Below are positions 1 to 10,842 of a stretch of DNA of 64,000 bases, in pieces (position 1 is the stretch's first letter; each line of letters opens with the position of its first letter). The notes below the pieces were generated by a model. The model was not told the origin of the DNA, ran no database searches, and saw only the letters and a program-made list of their open reading frames with translations. The stretch comes from Anthoceros angustus (taxonomy: Eukaryota > Plantae > Anthocerotophyta), in contig MU008167.1 of the NCBI GenBank assembly GCA_010909165.1, positions 62,001-126,000 on the forward strand, read 5' to 3'. The position numbers were made by a program, and so were the translations under genes.

Positions 1-1240
1 TCAAAAACTACATGTTTGGCACCATTATGTTCCTCTTGTTGAGTTCTATCGATGATACCAAGATTACAATTGGCCAAGTATTTTGCGAAAAACTCAGCCT
101 CACTTTTTTCGTCGCTAACCTCACATGGGCATTGGTTAGCTGGAGTTTGCTGGAGGAATGAAGAGTCTGTGCAGGAATCCTTCTTCAAACCAGCACCCCT
201 CTCATCTTTGGGCACCTCTAGATGCATAAGGCGATTACGTCATCACGTTTGTGAAAACATCACCCTCAAAGTGTCTTTGTTGGACCGTATGAGCATCTCC
301 GGTGTGTAGAATGGGGTTTTACGAGCGCTCGTCTTGAGGACATGCTCACAATTGCATCTCCATCAACCACCTGCACCTTTGCTACCACATGAGCGTTCGT
401 CCTCACAGTGCCCAAAAGTCTACATTTTTTGCTCACCTGTGTACACATGTGTCTTCATCAACCGCTTGAGTGCACACATGTGTCTTCATCAACCGCTTGA
501 GTGCTGTATATGAGTCTTCACAGTTGCCCGGTGCGCCTTTCACCGGCCCGCTGGCGCCGTTGCATGTGTTCACCACTGCCTTTGTATTCTTGTGCACCTC
601 CTGTTTGTTTCCGTGGGCACAAGATGAACCCTCTTCCACAACATTGTCGGCATGTAAAGACATCACGTCAGATTAATGTCTTCCTTCACTGGAGTAAGAG
701 CTGACCAATTTGCTTGCTACCAAATCCTTGCCTTCATCTCCGTGTAGCCCGATTAGGTTTTTCTCATTCTTCCTTGGCTCTCGCTGCAATTTCCTCACTT
801 TCAAGCAGTTTACTTATGCGTCCTCCCTCGAAAACAGCTGTCCCCGTCCACGGCACGTACCCTTCACTAGTACCCTTCCACTCTTGTCTCCCAACATTGT
901 TGTGTTTGCATCTCGATTCGGCCTTGCCTTGCCTTGCCTTTCTTCCACCTATGCTTCAACCCTAATTTTCCTCCAACCAGTGAGACGTTGGGCGTGCATG
1001 AGAGGCCCATTTGATTCCCCGACCTCTCCTTTTGTGATGAAGTGGGACTGCTCCTCGGGAGGTGGGCCTGTTCCTCCACTTTCTTCCCCTTTTGTCCGTA
1101 GGCCTCTTCTCTTCCTTGTTTACCTTCTCTTGAAGTTGCGCAATTTGGGGTCTCACTCAATTAGCGTTGCTCTTCAATTCATGAACTAATCTACATTATT
1201 GAATACATGACATGATCAATTCCTTCCGGATATCCATTGC

Positions 1241-1597
1241 TCATTCCTCCAAATAAGCATGCTTTCGACATAATGGCATGTAAATATCTTCATCCCCAAC
1301 AACGACTTGAGGTAATAATTTTCCAATTCTATGTGTGAATGGTGCGACAACCTTGCCACATAATTTACATTTGGCTAGCAATGTTTCTATTCTATCAACT
1401 AATGGAATCAATTGTAATAACTTTCCAAATAGTTTTTGTACTATCCCCGTCCAATCGCCACCATTATTTTTCTTTCCTTTATCTGTCGACTTAACTACGG
1501 TTGCTAGTCTACCTTCTCGTTCTAATCGTATGCTTCTTAACAAGTAACTTGTTTTGCCACTAAACATAGGTACCATAATAATGAAAAATTTCTCCAT
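1241..1597 (-). pseudogene. Thymidine kinase (TK1/type II) remnant, internally deleted, copy 1
   Basis: P-loop-like IMVPMFSGKTSYLLR (canonical GPMFSGK). C-terminal LFGKLLQLIPLVD..LAKCKLCGK..PFTHR..VGDEDIYMPLCRKH carries the TK1 zinc ligands and lasso region. The central part, including the DEAQF Walker B motif, is absent. No introns. Confidence 0.9.
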
Positions 1598-2582
1598 TTT
1601 ATCGCATACTTATGGGATTATATTCATGAAACAAAACAAGTATTCTTTTGAAAGTAAGAAGGTCTCAAGCTGATCAAGCTAGAGTAAGAAATTCTAAACT
1701 AATCCAACTAGAACAAGAAACTCTAAAGTGATCGTACAACATTATGAGTTGTTTTCTAATGGATTTTGTCTAATCAACTAAATAAACAATCACAAATGAT
1801 CGTAACAAAGAATACATGATTCAATTGATAAGTCAAAGCTTAAGATTTTGCATTATGAATTACAAATCATGAAAATTGTGCATGCGAAATGGCCGTGAAC
1901 ACAATAATCACGCGAGAAGTTTCAAAAGAATGCTTATTTTACGGTGAAAACTGCTTATATAACTTTCTATTAATTTTTACTAACGGTACAATAGCAGTCA
2001 AAGCTCTATGTGAAACTTATTAAGATTATGGTCTTGATAATTGCAATTTCGAATTAATTGCAATTTCTTTTGAATCCTTCACATTCCAATCAATTATAAT
2101 TAACTTGTTCCATTCTTCCTTGGCTCTCGCTGCAATTTCCTCACTTTCAACGCAGAAAGCGGTTACTTGTTGTCGTCCTCCCTCGAGCAAGCTGTCCCTC
2201 ACTGTACCTTCACTAGTACCCTTCCACCGCCCCTGTCTCCCAACATTGTTGTGTTTGCATCGATTCCCGCCTTGCCTTGCCTTTCTTCCACCTATGCTTC
2301 AACCCTAATTTTTCCTCCAACCAGGCAGGCGTTGGAAGGCGTGCATGAGAGGCCCATTTGATTCTCCTTTTGTGATGAAGTGGGACTGCTCCTCGGGAGG
2401 TGGGCCTGCTCCTCCACTTTCTTCCCCTTTTTGTCCGTAGGCCTCTTCTCTTCCTTGTTTACCTTCTCTTGAAGTTGCGCAATTTGGGGTCTCACTCAAT
2501 TAGCGTTGCTCTTCAATTCATGAACTAATCTACATTATTGAATACACGGACATGATCAATTCCTTCCACGGATATCCATTGC

Positions 2583-2936
2583 TCATTCCTCCAAATAAGC
2601 ATGCTTTCGACATAATGGCATGTAAATATCTTCATCCCCAACAACGACTTGAGGTAATAATTTTCCAATTCTATGTGTGAATGGTGCACAACCTTGCCAC
2701 ATAATTTACATTTGGCTAGCAATGTTTCTATTCTATCAACTAATGGAATCAATTGTAATAACTTTCCAAATAGTTTTTGACTATCCCGTCCAATCCACGC
2801 CACCATTATTTTTCTTTCCTTTATCCTGCATCCTTCGGTTGCTAGTCTACGCTTCTCGTTCTAATTGTATGCTTCTTAACAAGTAACTTGTTTTGCCACT
2901 AAACATAGGTACCATAATAATGAAAAATTTCTCCAT
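2583..2936 (-). pseudogene. Thymidine kinase remnant, copy 2
   Basis: Near-identical to 1241-1597, with indels at CG-rich positions. Confidence 0.88.
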
Positions 2937-4946
2937 TTTTATCATCGTCACTTATGGGATTATATTGATAAAACAAAACAAGTATTCTTTTGAAAGTAAG
3001 AAGGTCTCAAGTGATCAAGCTAGAGTAAGAAATTCTAAACTAATCCAACTAGAACAAGAAACTCTAAAGTGATCGTGCTACATTATGAGTTGTTTTCTAA
3101 TGGATTTTGTCTAATCAACTAAATAAACAATCACAAATGATCAAAACAAAGAATGCATGATTCAATTGATAAGTCAAAGCTTAAGATTTTGCATTATGAA
3201 TTACAAATCATGAAAATTGTGCATGCGAAATGGCCGTGAACACAATAATCACGCGAGAAGTTTCAAAAGAATGCTTATTTTACGGTGAAAACTGCTTATA
3301 TAACTTTCTATTAATTTTTACTAACGGTACAATAGCAGTCAAAGCTCTATGTGAAACTTATTAAGATTATGGTCTTGATAACGCTTTCAGTTAATTGCAA
3401 TTTCGAATTAATTGCAATTTCTTTGAATCCTTCACATTCCAATCAATTATAATTAACTTGTTCCATTGGGCTCTCTTCGCATTGGTTTCTTCCGCTTTGT
3501 AACTCACTCGCAAATTATTACCTACTCAAAATGCTTGAATTAGTATCTAATAGGCCTCTCGGGCAGGCCTCATAGACTCACATTAATTAATCCAACATTG
3601 CAAATCGATGACCTCTTGAGTCATGACATTGTGCCTCTTGCTTCCTCTATTTCTTGTAGCCGGGCTAACACTAACAAGGATGGCGTGAAGGTAATCGCGA
3701 AAGAGTAAAACTTGGACTAAGTCAACATGTAGATCGTCGAAAATCAACACATAAAACAAAGAATTTGAAAACTCAAAACTTGAAATCAAAAATCAAAAGT
3801 TGAGCCACACACAAAACAAATAAGGAAAATCAACAGCTCAAAAACAAAGATCGAAATCCCAAAATGAATATAAACAAAATAAGGGGTGCGGATGTACAAT
3901 GTCATTTACAATTGCACAACATTGTTTTGTTACAATGTACAATGCCATTTACAATACACAACACCACTTGTAAAATTTTTCGATTACGAATGCATTACAA
4001 TGAAAACGAAAATAGATCTTAAACATGTAGTTCGACCATATCTAAACATCTTTTATATATACACACATAGGTATATAGAATTTGTATCTTGCATTTCATT
4101 CAAAAAGAAGCCCAGCCGTGCGGACCAATGGGCGGCCTCGTGAGGGGCTCTCTTCGCATTGGTTTCTTCCGGTTTTGTAACTCACTCGCAAATTATTACC
4201 TACTCAAAATGCTTGAATTAGTATCTAATAGGCCTCTCGGGCAGGCCTCATAGACTCACATTAATTAATCCAACATTGCAAATCGATGACCTCTTGAGTC
4301 ATGACATTGTGCCTCTTGCTTCCTCTATTTCTTGTGTGAGGCTAACACTAACAAGGATGGCGTGAAGGTAATCGAAGAGTAAAACTTGGACTAAGTCAAC
4401 ATGTAGATCGTCGAAAATCAACACATAAAACAAAGAATTTGAAAACTCAAAACTTGAAATCAAAAATCAAAAGTTGAGCCACAAAACAAATAAGGAAAAT
4501 CAACAGCTCAAAAACAAAGATCGAAATCCCAAAATGAATATAAACAAAATAAGGTGCAGATGTACAATGTCATTCTGATTACAACATTGTTTTGTTACAA
4601 TGTCTGCCATTTACAATACACAACACCACTTGTAAAATTTTCAGTTACGAATGCACGTCACAATGAAAACGAAAATAGATCTTAAACATGTAGTTCGACC
4701 ATATCTAAACATCTTTTATATATACACACATAGGTATATAAAATTTGTATCTTGCATTTCATTCAAAAGAAGCCCGTAGCCGTGCTGCACCAATGGGCGG
4801 CCTCGTGAGGGGCTCTTACAACCCTGTGACCCGTAGGGGCCATGAATGAGAGGATGGGTGGCACCCCATCTTATCACCGACATTCGATTGGCGACAATGG
4901 AGTTCCAATGAGCTCACGTGTTTGGATGTCGCTCCTTCAAGGAGGA

Positions 4947-5690
4947 CTACAAAACAAATATTATTTCACCTTTTGGCTTTTGATTCAACGTTTGAATGTA
5001 GCCAGTTTTTGTTTCAACCTTTTGTGAAACGAGGCGCTTGTTTTGCTTGATGCATTTTGCAACTTTTAGCTTAGCTTTAGCCTCCCTTGAAATGGTTGGT
5101 AGCACTTTTCTCTTCTTAAAAGCACCTTGACTACTTCTTGGAGCCAATAATTTTTAGTTGGAGCTTTTCTTAAAAGCGATTGAGGTTGAATTATTATGCT
5201 TAAGAGCAACTTGAATCTTGTTATCAAGTTGAGCAACAATGCTGGTCATAACTTCCATGTATAATTTCGATGGAAATCAATATTCAAAACTTGAGTGTGG
5301 AGCACTTGAATCTTGCACCAAGTTATCCCACTCATAGTTTGATTGTTCAATGATATTGCTTAATATGCTTTTGTGAACGGTGTGATTCCTTATGTTTAGA
5401 GGAAGTAGATAGTTTCTCTTGTCTCTTGAGATCTTTAAATTTATCTCTAGAGATATCTACTATTGCCTGGTATAAAAATACACTTCTTGGGTCCGAAGTA
5501 TTTTTTCGTCGCCATTCAAGTAATGCTTGCTTTATTTTTGTAATACTTGAGCATGTATTACAACAAGGTGCTTAGACACTTGACTTCCTTGAAAACTTGT
5601 TCGATTCTGCATTGCATCTCATCAATGTGATGCGATATTAAGCGATGAATGCGTCGCTCGCATATGTTGACATTTTTCCAACATTTTGGC
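4947..5690 (-). pseudogene. Decayed ORF of unknown function, Lys-rich (one per monomer)
   Basis: Overlapping ORF pieces recur between copies (22773-23114, 34307-34706): MLKYYKNK..DISRDKFKDLKRQEK and LNIDFHRKLYMEVMTSIVAQLDNKIQVALKH..FKKRKVLP. No family recognised. Confidence 0.35.
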
Positions 5691-5902
5691 GTGCATAACT
5701 CCTCGGTGTGAGTTGAGTTTAAAAGGCTAGCGAGATCGCTTGTTAATTAATGATAAAGGATCATTAACACACCAATGTTTTAAAACATAAATAAACAAAG
5801 ATGTGTTATCAAGGAGAAAAGAACAAAACCCGAGCAAATAAACAAACCACACCTACCTCGTGGCTAGCTCACTTCCTTGTGCTCACTTCCGATTACTCAC
5901 TC

Positions 5903-5945
5903 TATAAATACTACATGTACTTGCTATTTCTAGCGTTTAGGGTTT
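5903..5945 (+). promoter_or_regulatory. Plant Pol II-type promoter elements in each monomer: TATA box and telo-box
   Basis: TATAAATA at 5903-5910 and TAGGGTTT at 5938-5945, conserved in all copies. An acceptor-like ttttcttgttttctcag precedes an ATG at 6162. Confidence 0.5.
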
Positions 5946-6096
5946 CACCTCATCTCCTCCTTACAATAAAGAATATCCCATCCCTTGTTATTTCTAGCTA
6001 AGCATTCTTCTTTATAGCTAAATATAATATATTAAATCACATTTACTCATTTTTCATGATGGGCTCTCCCATCATCTCTCCTCCCTCAATAGAACT

Positions 6097-6365
6097 TCAT
6101 TTTTATTTCTTATTATTTGCAACTAGACATCATTTACTATGTTTTTCTTGTTTTCTCAGCCATGACTACTTTTATGAATGCGGGTTTAAACAAGGATGCG
6201 AGAATGGGCCCTCCACCTCGTAGGGGCATCGGGGTCATCCCGACTTTACTTTTTGCTCACGATGACTCCTAGAGATCGTGAGTCTTCTCACAACCATACA
6301 AACCACTTCTTCTAAGGAGAGAAGCCTACGGTAGTTTCTCGACCAACTACTAAAAACTATCAAGA
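6097..6365 (+). repeat. Intra-monomer ~270 bp direct repeat, copy H1
   Basis: Shares tttatttcttattatttgcaactagacatcatttacta..atgactcctagagatc..tctcgaccaactactaaaa with 7908-8172. Confidence 0.92.
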
Positions 6366-6384
6366 GGCGTCTCTGTCAGTGGCG

Positions 6385-6775
6385 CTCAAAGATCATTGAA
6401 GGTGGCATAAGAGCACAGTGGTATAATAAAACACCATTGAAGATGACATAAGAGCAAGTGGCATAAGACAAGGAAAGGCATAATCAAACACCATTGAAGA
6501 TGACATAAGACCACCAAGTGGCGTAAGACATTGAAAGTTGGCATAACTAAATACCTTTGAAGATGACATAAAACCTTTGAAGTGGGATAAGAAACGAAAG
6601 TTGGCTCAATCAAACACCATTGAAGATGACATAAGAGAAGTGGCATAAGACAAGGAAAGCTAGCATAATCAAACACCATTGAAGATGACATAAAACCAAG
6701 TGGCGTAAGACAACAAAAGTGGCATAATCAAACACCATTGAAGATGATATAAGACCCTTTGTTCAAAGGTGGCAA
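6385..6775 (+). repeat. Minisatellite: ~6 units of ~60 bp built from a ~20 bp motif (GAAG.TG.CATAAGAC..); also at ~13600, 14960, 24180, 25305, 27120, 35520, 36780, 50015 and truncated at 57325
   Basis: aatcaaacaccattgaagatgacataaga recurs about every 60 bp, alternating with aagtggcataagac and aaagttggcataa subunits. Confidence 0.95.
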
Positions 6776-7029
6776 GAAAAGCGCTATAAACTATAAAGTA
6801 TATGGCATCATAATTGGGGACTTATCTCAATGGATAAATGTTTGGGGCAAAGAGCTTTTAGTATCCTAATCGAAAGCGACCCCATGAGCTGGGTTCCACA
6901 AGGCGTTGGTACACATTACTAACTCACCCCAATGCATTGAGATATTTTAATACAAGATTTGTTAAAACACGATAGTGCATTAAATCATGGCGAGATTTAG
7001 ATCACGTTACCCATGATCTAAATCTTGAC

Positions 7030-7720
7030 CGCGATGAGGGTCCGCCTCGGTTTGGCTCATCCTCCGCCTCTTCTCTTTCCACGTGCGGTTGTGGAGCGCC
7101 ATCGACGATTCCGGTCCCATTTGGCCCGTTGTCCCGTGGAGGGGCAAGCGTATTGCTACGCATGACGCCCGTTTGGCGGCGTCATGTTTTCGATAACTAA
7201 GGAGGCGGATTTTTTCCGTGAGCCCATATACATTGCATAATGGCGTGTCACCGAGGCGGACCTTTTTATACTAGGGGAGCAAATTTACGCCAGCTCATGT
7301 GGTTGTCACGGATCCCACGAGACTCCGTATGCGAGCACGTCATCATCAACCCCGGCTGGGTGGCGGAAGGATGCGCAACTAGCAAGACTCACAAGTACCC
7401 TCCTTTGCAAGACGGCCATGTTTTCATCCCCTCATCCTCGAGACTCATGGGGCTATGGGCAAGGACTTCTCTAGGTTAATTAAGGAGTGTGCAAAGCCTA
7501 TCACAATACGGGGAATTGGAGGCCTCCCCTTTCCTCTGTGGTGGCTTTCTTTCGCCTTTGGTTTTCATAGCCAGAAAGCTGCTTGTTTATAGGGGCCTGG
7601 TAGCAGGACTAGCGGCTTCTTTGACATTGGTGGTAGGTAGGCCCTTCATCATCCCCGATCACGATATCATTGGTGCGATGGTGAATTACGGAAAGGCATT
7701 CGAGGACTAGGACTTCCCCT
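7030..7720 (+). pseudogene. GC-richer decayed ORF-like segment of unknown function (one per monomer)
   Basis: Recurrent ORF pieces GPIWPVVPWRGNVLLRMTPFGGVMFSITKESGFF and EHVIINPGWVAEGCATSKTHKYPPLQDGHVFIPSSSRLMGLWARTS. No family recognised. Confidence 0.3.
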
Positions 7721-7907
7721 TTACTATTAGCCCTTTTTAGGTTGTTCCTCCTTGGACTTAAGGGTTGATGGCATTTCCTATCTACGCCTATTAAGAACGT
7801 CTACTCTACTCTTCTTACACATGATTAAAATTAGCGTCCATTACTTTATGCCTTTATTTTATTACCATGTTGTATTATGTCATTTTTTATTACCATGTTG
7901 TATTATG

Positions 7908-8172
7908 TCATTTTTTTATTTCTTATTATTTGCAACTAGACATCATTTACTATGTTTTTCTTGTTTTCTCACCATGACTACTTTTATGGATCACGGGTTT
8001 TAAATGCTGGGGAGGAGTGGGTAAGCCTCCATAGGGGTATTGTGGGTCATCGACTTCACTTCTGCTCACCATGACTCCTAGAGATCATGAGTCTTCTCAC
8101 AAACATACAAAACCACTTCTTCCAAGGGAAGCGTAACAAGAGTTCTCGACCAACTACTAAAACCCATCAAGA
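7908..8172 (+). repeat. Intra-monomer ~270 bp direct repeat, copy H2
   Basis: Diverged paralog of 6097-6365; diagnostic differences are largely fixed across monomers. Confidence 0.92.
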
Positions 8173-8562
8173 CTTTTGTCAAAGTGCCTTGGAGATTTGG
8201 AAGCCAATAGGCTGGACAACATCCTAGGAGGTTGGGAAGCTAGCAGGCCTTGGTGACATATTTACAATGATTTACTTAACTTAAGAGAAAGTAAGTCTCG
8301 CGTTATGAGGACTCGCAGGAGACCAACGTACCCCATCCGTGAGGACCAACTTAGCGGATGCTGGAAATCGAAGAGCTTCACTCAGCTGAAGCTAAAGAGC
8401 AAGCTATCACTAGTTCATAGCGGTGATGGATTCGTAACTTCGTAAGAAAATTGTTATCGTGCTTTAGCAAATCTTTCTTTAAGATCTCTTATTTTATTAT
8501 ATTGGGGTGATCAATCCCTAATTATGGTACCATATTCTTTATAATTTATAGTGCATTCTTAG

Positions 8563-8695
8563 ATTATGCCATCTTTATGGTCTTGTGCCACCTTTATGGT
8601 CTTTGATTGTGCCACCTTTATGGTCTTGTGCCACCTTTCGTGGACTTTTGTTTTGCCAACCTTGGTGGTCTTTTCTCATGCCACCTTATGCCACT
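8563..8695 (-). repeat. Inverted cluster of the same ~20 bp motif; also at ~17581, 29281, 38873, 40585, 41970, 52185
   Basis: ttatgccatctttatggtcttgtgccacct is the reverse complement of aggtggcacaagaccataaagatggcataa, which matches the motif at 6385-6775. Confidence 0.85.
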
Positions 8696-10485
8696 TTCTA
8701 CTTGATGAAGGTAGCTCCAGCTTGCTCTAAGGTGGGATGAAATAATCGTAACGGATCCGGATCATCAAAACACTCCGTTGCCTCCTAATATTCCTTCTCC
8801 ACATAGGTTTGCACATCATTCGCCATTTTGAGGTGCTCGCAAGCACACTCCACGACCTGCACAACTTGACTACGTGAGGCCTCTGTTTGCTCGATGTGTG
8901 TTCACAAAATGCGAGCATCGTAGTTTCTTCAACTCTTGTGTCAACCCAACTGATGCTTGAGAGTTAGTACCTGTTATGAGAAGCCTATCCACTTGTAGTT
9001 ATGCTCCAACATTGCTTTCAATACATAGAAATGGATTTTTCACTCTAAGCAAATGTGACATGATACACATGCACAAAGTTCCAAATTCGAGACTAGTACC
9101 CACAACTCAGCCTCCTTCTTTCACATGTAACGTCGTTACATTGCTCCAAAAATAACAAAATGGTATCATTTTGTTCTTCTTGTTGAGCGCATTTGGATTG
9201 CCCGCTCATTACATTGGTTGAGCATTTGGTGAGAAATTGCCCGCTTTCTACAGCAGAATTCCTCAAGGCCCATGTTCCGTCGTTTTAGTGACTCAAAAAC
9301 TACATGTTTGCTTTCATTATGTTCCTCTTGTTGAGTTCTATCAGGATGATACCAAGAGCGAGTTACAATTGGCCGGTATTTTGCGAAAAACTCAGCCTCA
9401 CTTTTTACGGTCACCGCTAACCTCACATGGGCATTGGTTAGCTGGAGTTTGCTGGAGGAATGAAGAGTCTGCAGGAATCCTTCTTCAAACCAGCACCCTC
9501 TCATCTTTGGGCACCTCTAGATGCATAAGGCGATTACATCACGTTTGTGAAAACATCGCCCTCAAAGTGTCTTTGTTGGCCGTATGAGCATCTCCCGGTG
9601 TGTAGAATGGGGTTTCTGGCCGTCTTGAGGACATGCTCGTCAATTGCATCTCCATCAACCACCACCTTTGCCACATGGCGTTTACGTCCTCACAGTTGCC
9701 CAAAAGTCTACATTTTTTGCTCACTTGTGTACACATGTGTCTTCATCAACCGCTTGAGTGCCCTGTGAGTCTTCACGATTTACTGGCCGTTGCATGTGTG
9801 TTCTTTTGCTTCACTGCTAAATTTTGTATATTCTTGTGCACCTCTGTTTGTTTCGTAAGTACACAGATGAACCCTCTTCCACAACATTGTCGATGTAAAG
9901 ACATCACGTGCATATCAATGTCTTCCTTCACTTGGAGTAAGAGCTGACCAATTTGCTTGCTACCAAATCCTTGCCTTCATCTCCGAGATCGGATTAGGTT
10001 TTTCTCATTCTTCCTTGGCTCTCGCGAATTCCTCACTTTCAACGCAGAAGCAGTTACTTGTTATGCGTCCTCCTCGACATCCCTCACGCGTGTACCCTTC
10101 ACTAGTACCCTTCCACCTTTGTCTCCCAACATTGTTGTGTTTGCATCGATTCCTCGGCCTTGCCTTGCCTTGCCTTTCTTCCACCTATGCTTCAACCCTA
10201 ATTTTTCCTCCAACCGTGCAGACGTTGGAAGGCGTGCATGAGAGGCCCATTTGATTCCTGACCTCTCCTTTTTGTGATGAAGTGGGACCTGCTCCTCGGG
10301 AGGTGGGGCCTGTTCCTCCACTTTCTTCCCCCTTTTGTCCGTAGGCCTCTTCTCTTCCTTGTTTACCTTCTCTTGAAGTTGCGCAATTTGGGGTCTCACT
10401 CAATTAGCGTTGCTCTTCAATTCATGAACTAATCTACATTATTGAATACACGGACATGATCAATTCCTTCACGGATATCCATTGC

Positions 10486-10842
10486 TCATTCCTCCAAATA
10501 AGCATGCTTTCGACATAATGGCATGTAAATATCTTCATCCCCAACAACGACTTGAGGTAATAATTTTCCAATTCTATGTGTGAATGGTGCAGCAACCTTG
10601 CCACATAATTTACATTTAGCTAGCAATGTTTCTATTCTATCAACTAATGGAATCAATTGTAATAACTTTCCAAATAGTTTTTGATATCCCGTCCAATCCA
10701 CACCATTATTTTTCTTTCCTTTATCTCGCGCACTTAACTACGGTTGCTAGTCTACACCTTCTAGTTCTAATCGTATGCTTCTTAACAAGTAACTTGTTTT
10801 GCCACTAAACATAGGTACCATAATAATGAAAAACTTCTCCAT
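10486..10842 (-). pseudogene. Thymidine kinase remnant, copy 3
   Basis: ORF 10486-10701 gives KLFGKLLQLIPLVD..CKLCGKVAAPFTHR..YMPLCRKH; the P-loop segment lies upstream in another frame. Confidence 0.88.

Noticed and set aside
1241-1597. Functional thymidine kinase CDS
   Set aside because: Walker B and the central core are missing and the P-loop Gly is substituted across copies, which sequencing error cannot explain.
6386-6691. ORFs such as MSSSMVFDYA.. and LCHLQWCLI.. (here and in other copies)
   Set aside because: These are translations of the minisatellite.
6385-6775. CRISPR-like array (constant ~30 bp block with variable intervals)
   Set aside because: The intervals are degenerate copies of the same motif rather than unique spacers; there are no cas genes and the context is eukaryotic.
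6097-8172. H1/H2 as LTRs of a retrotransposon
   Set aside because: No clear TG..CA termini, PBS, PPT or gag-pol remnants.
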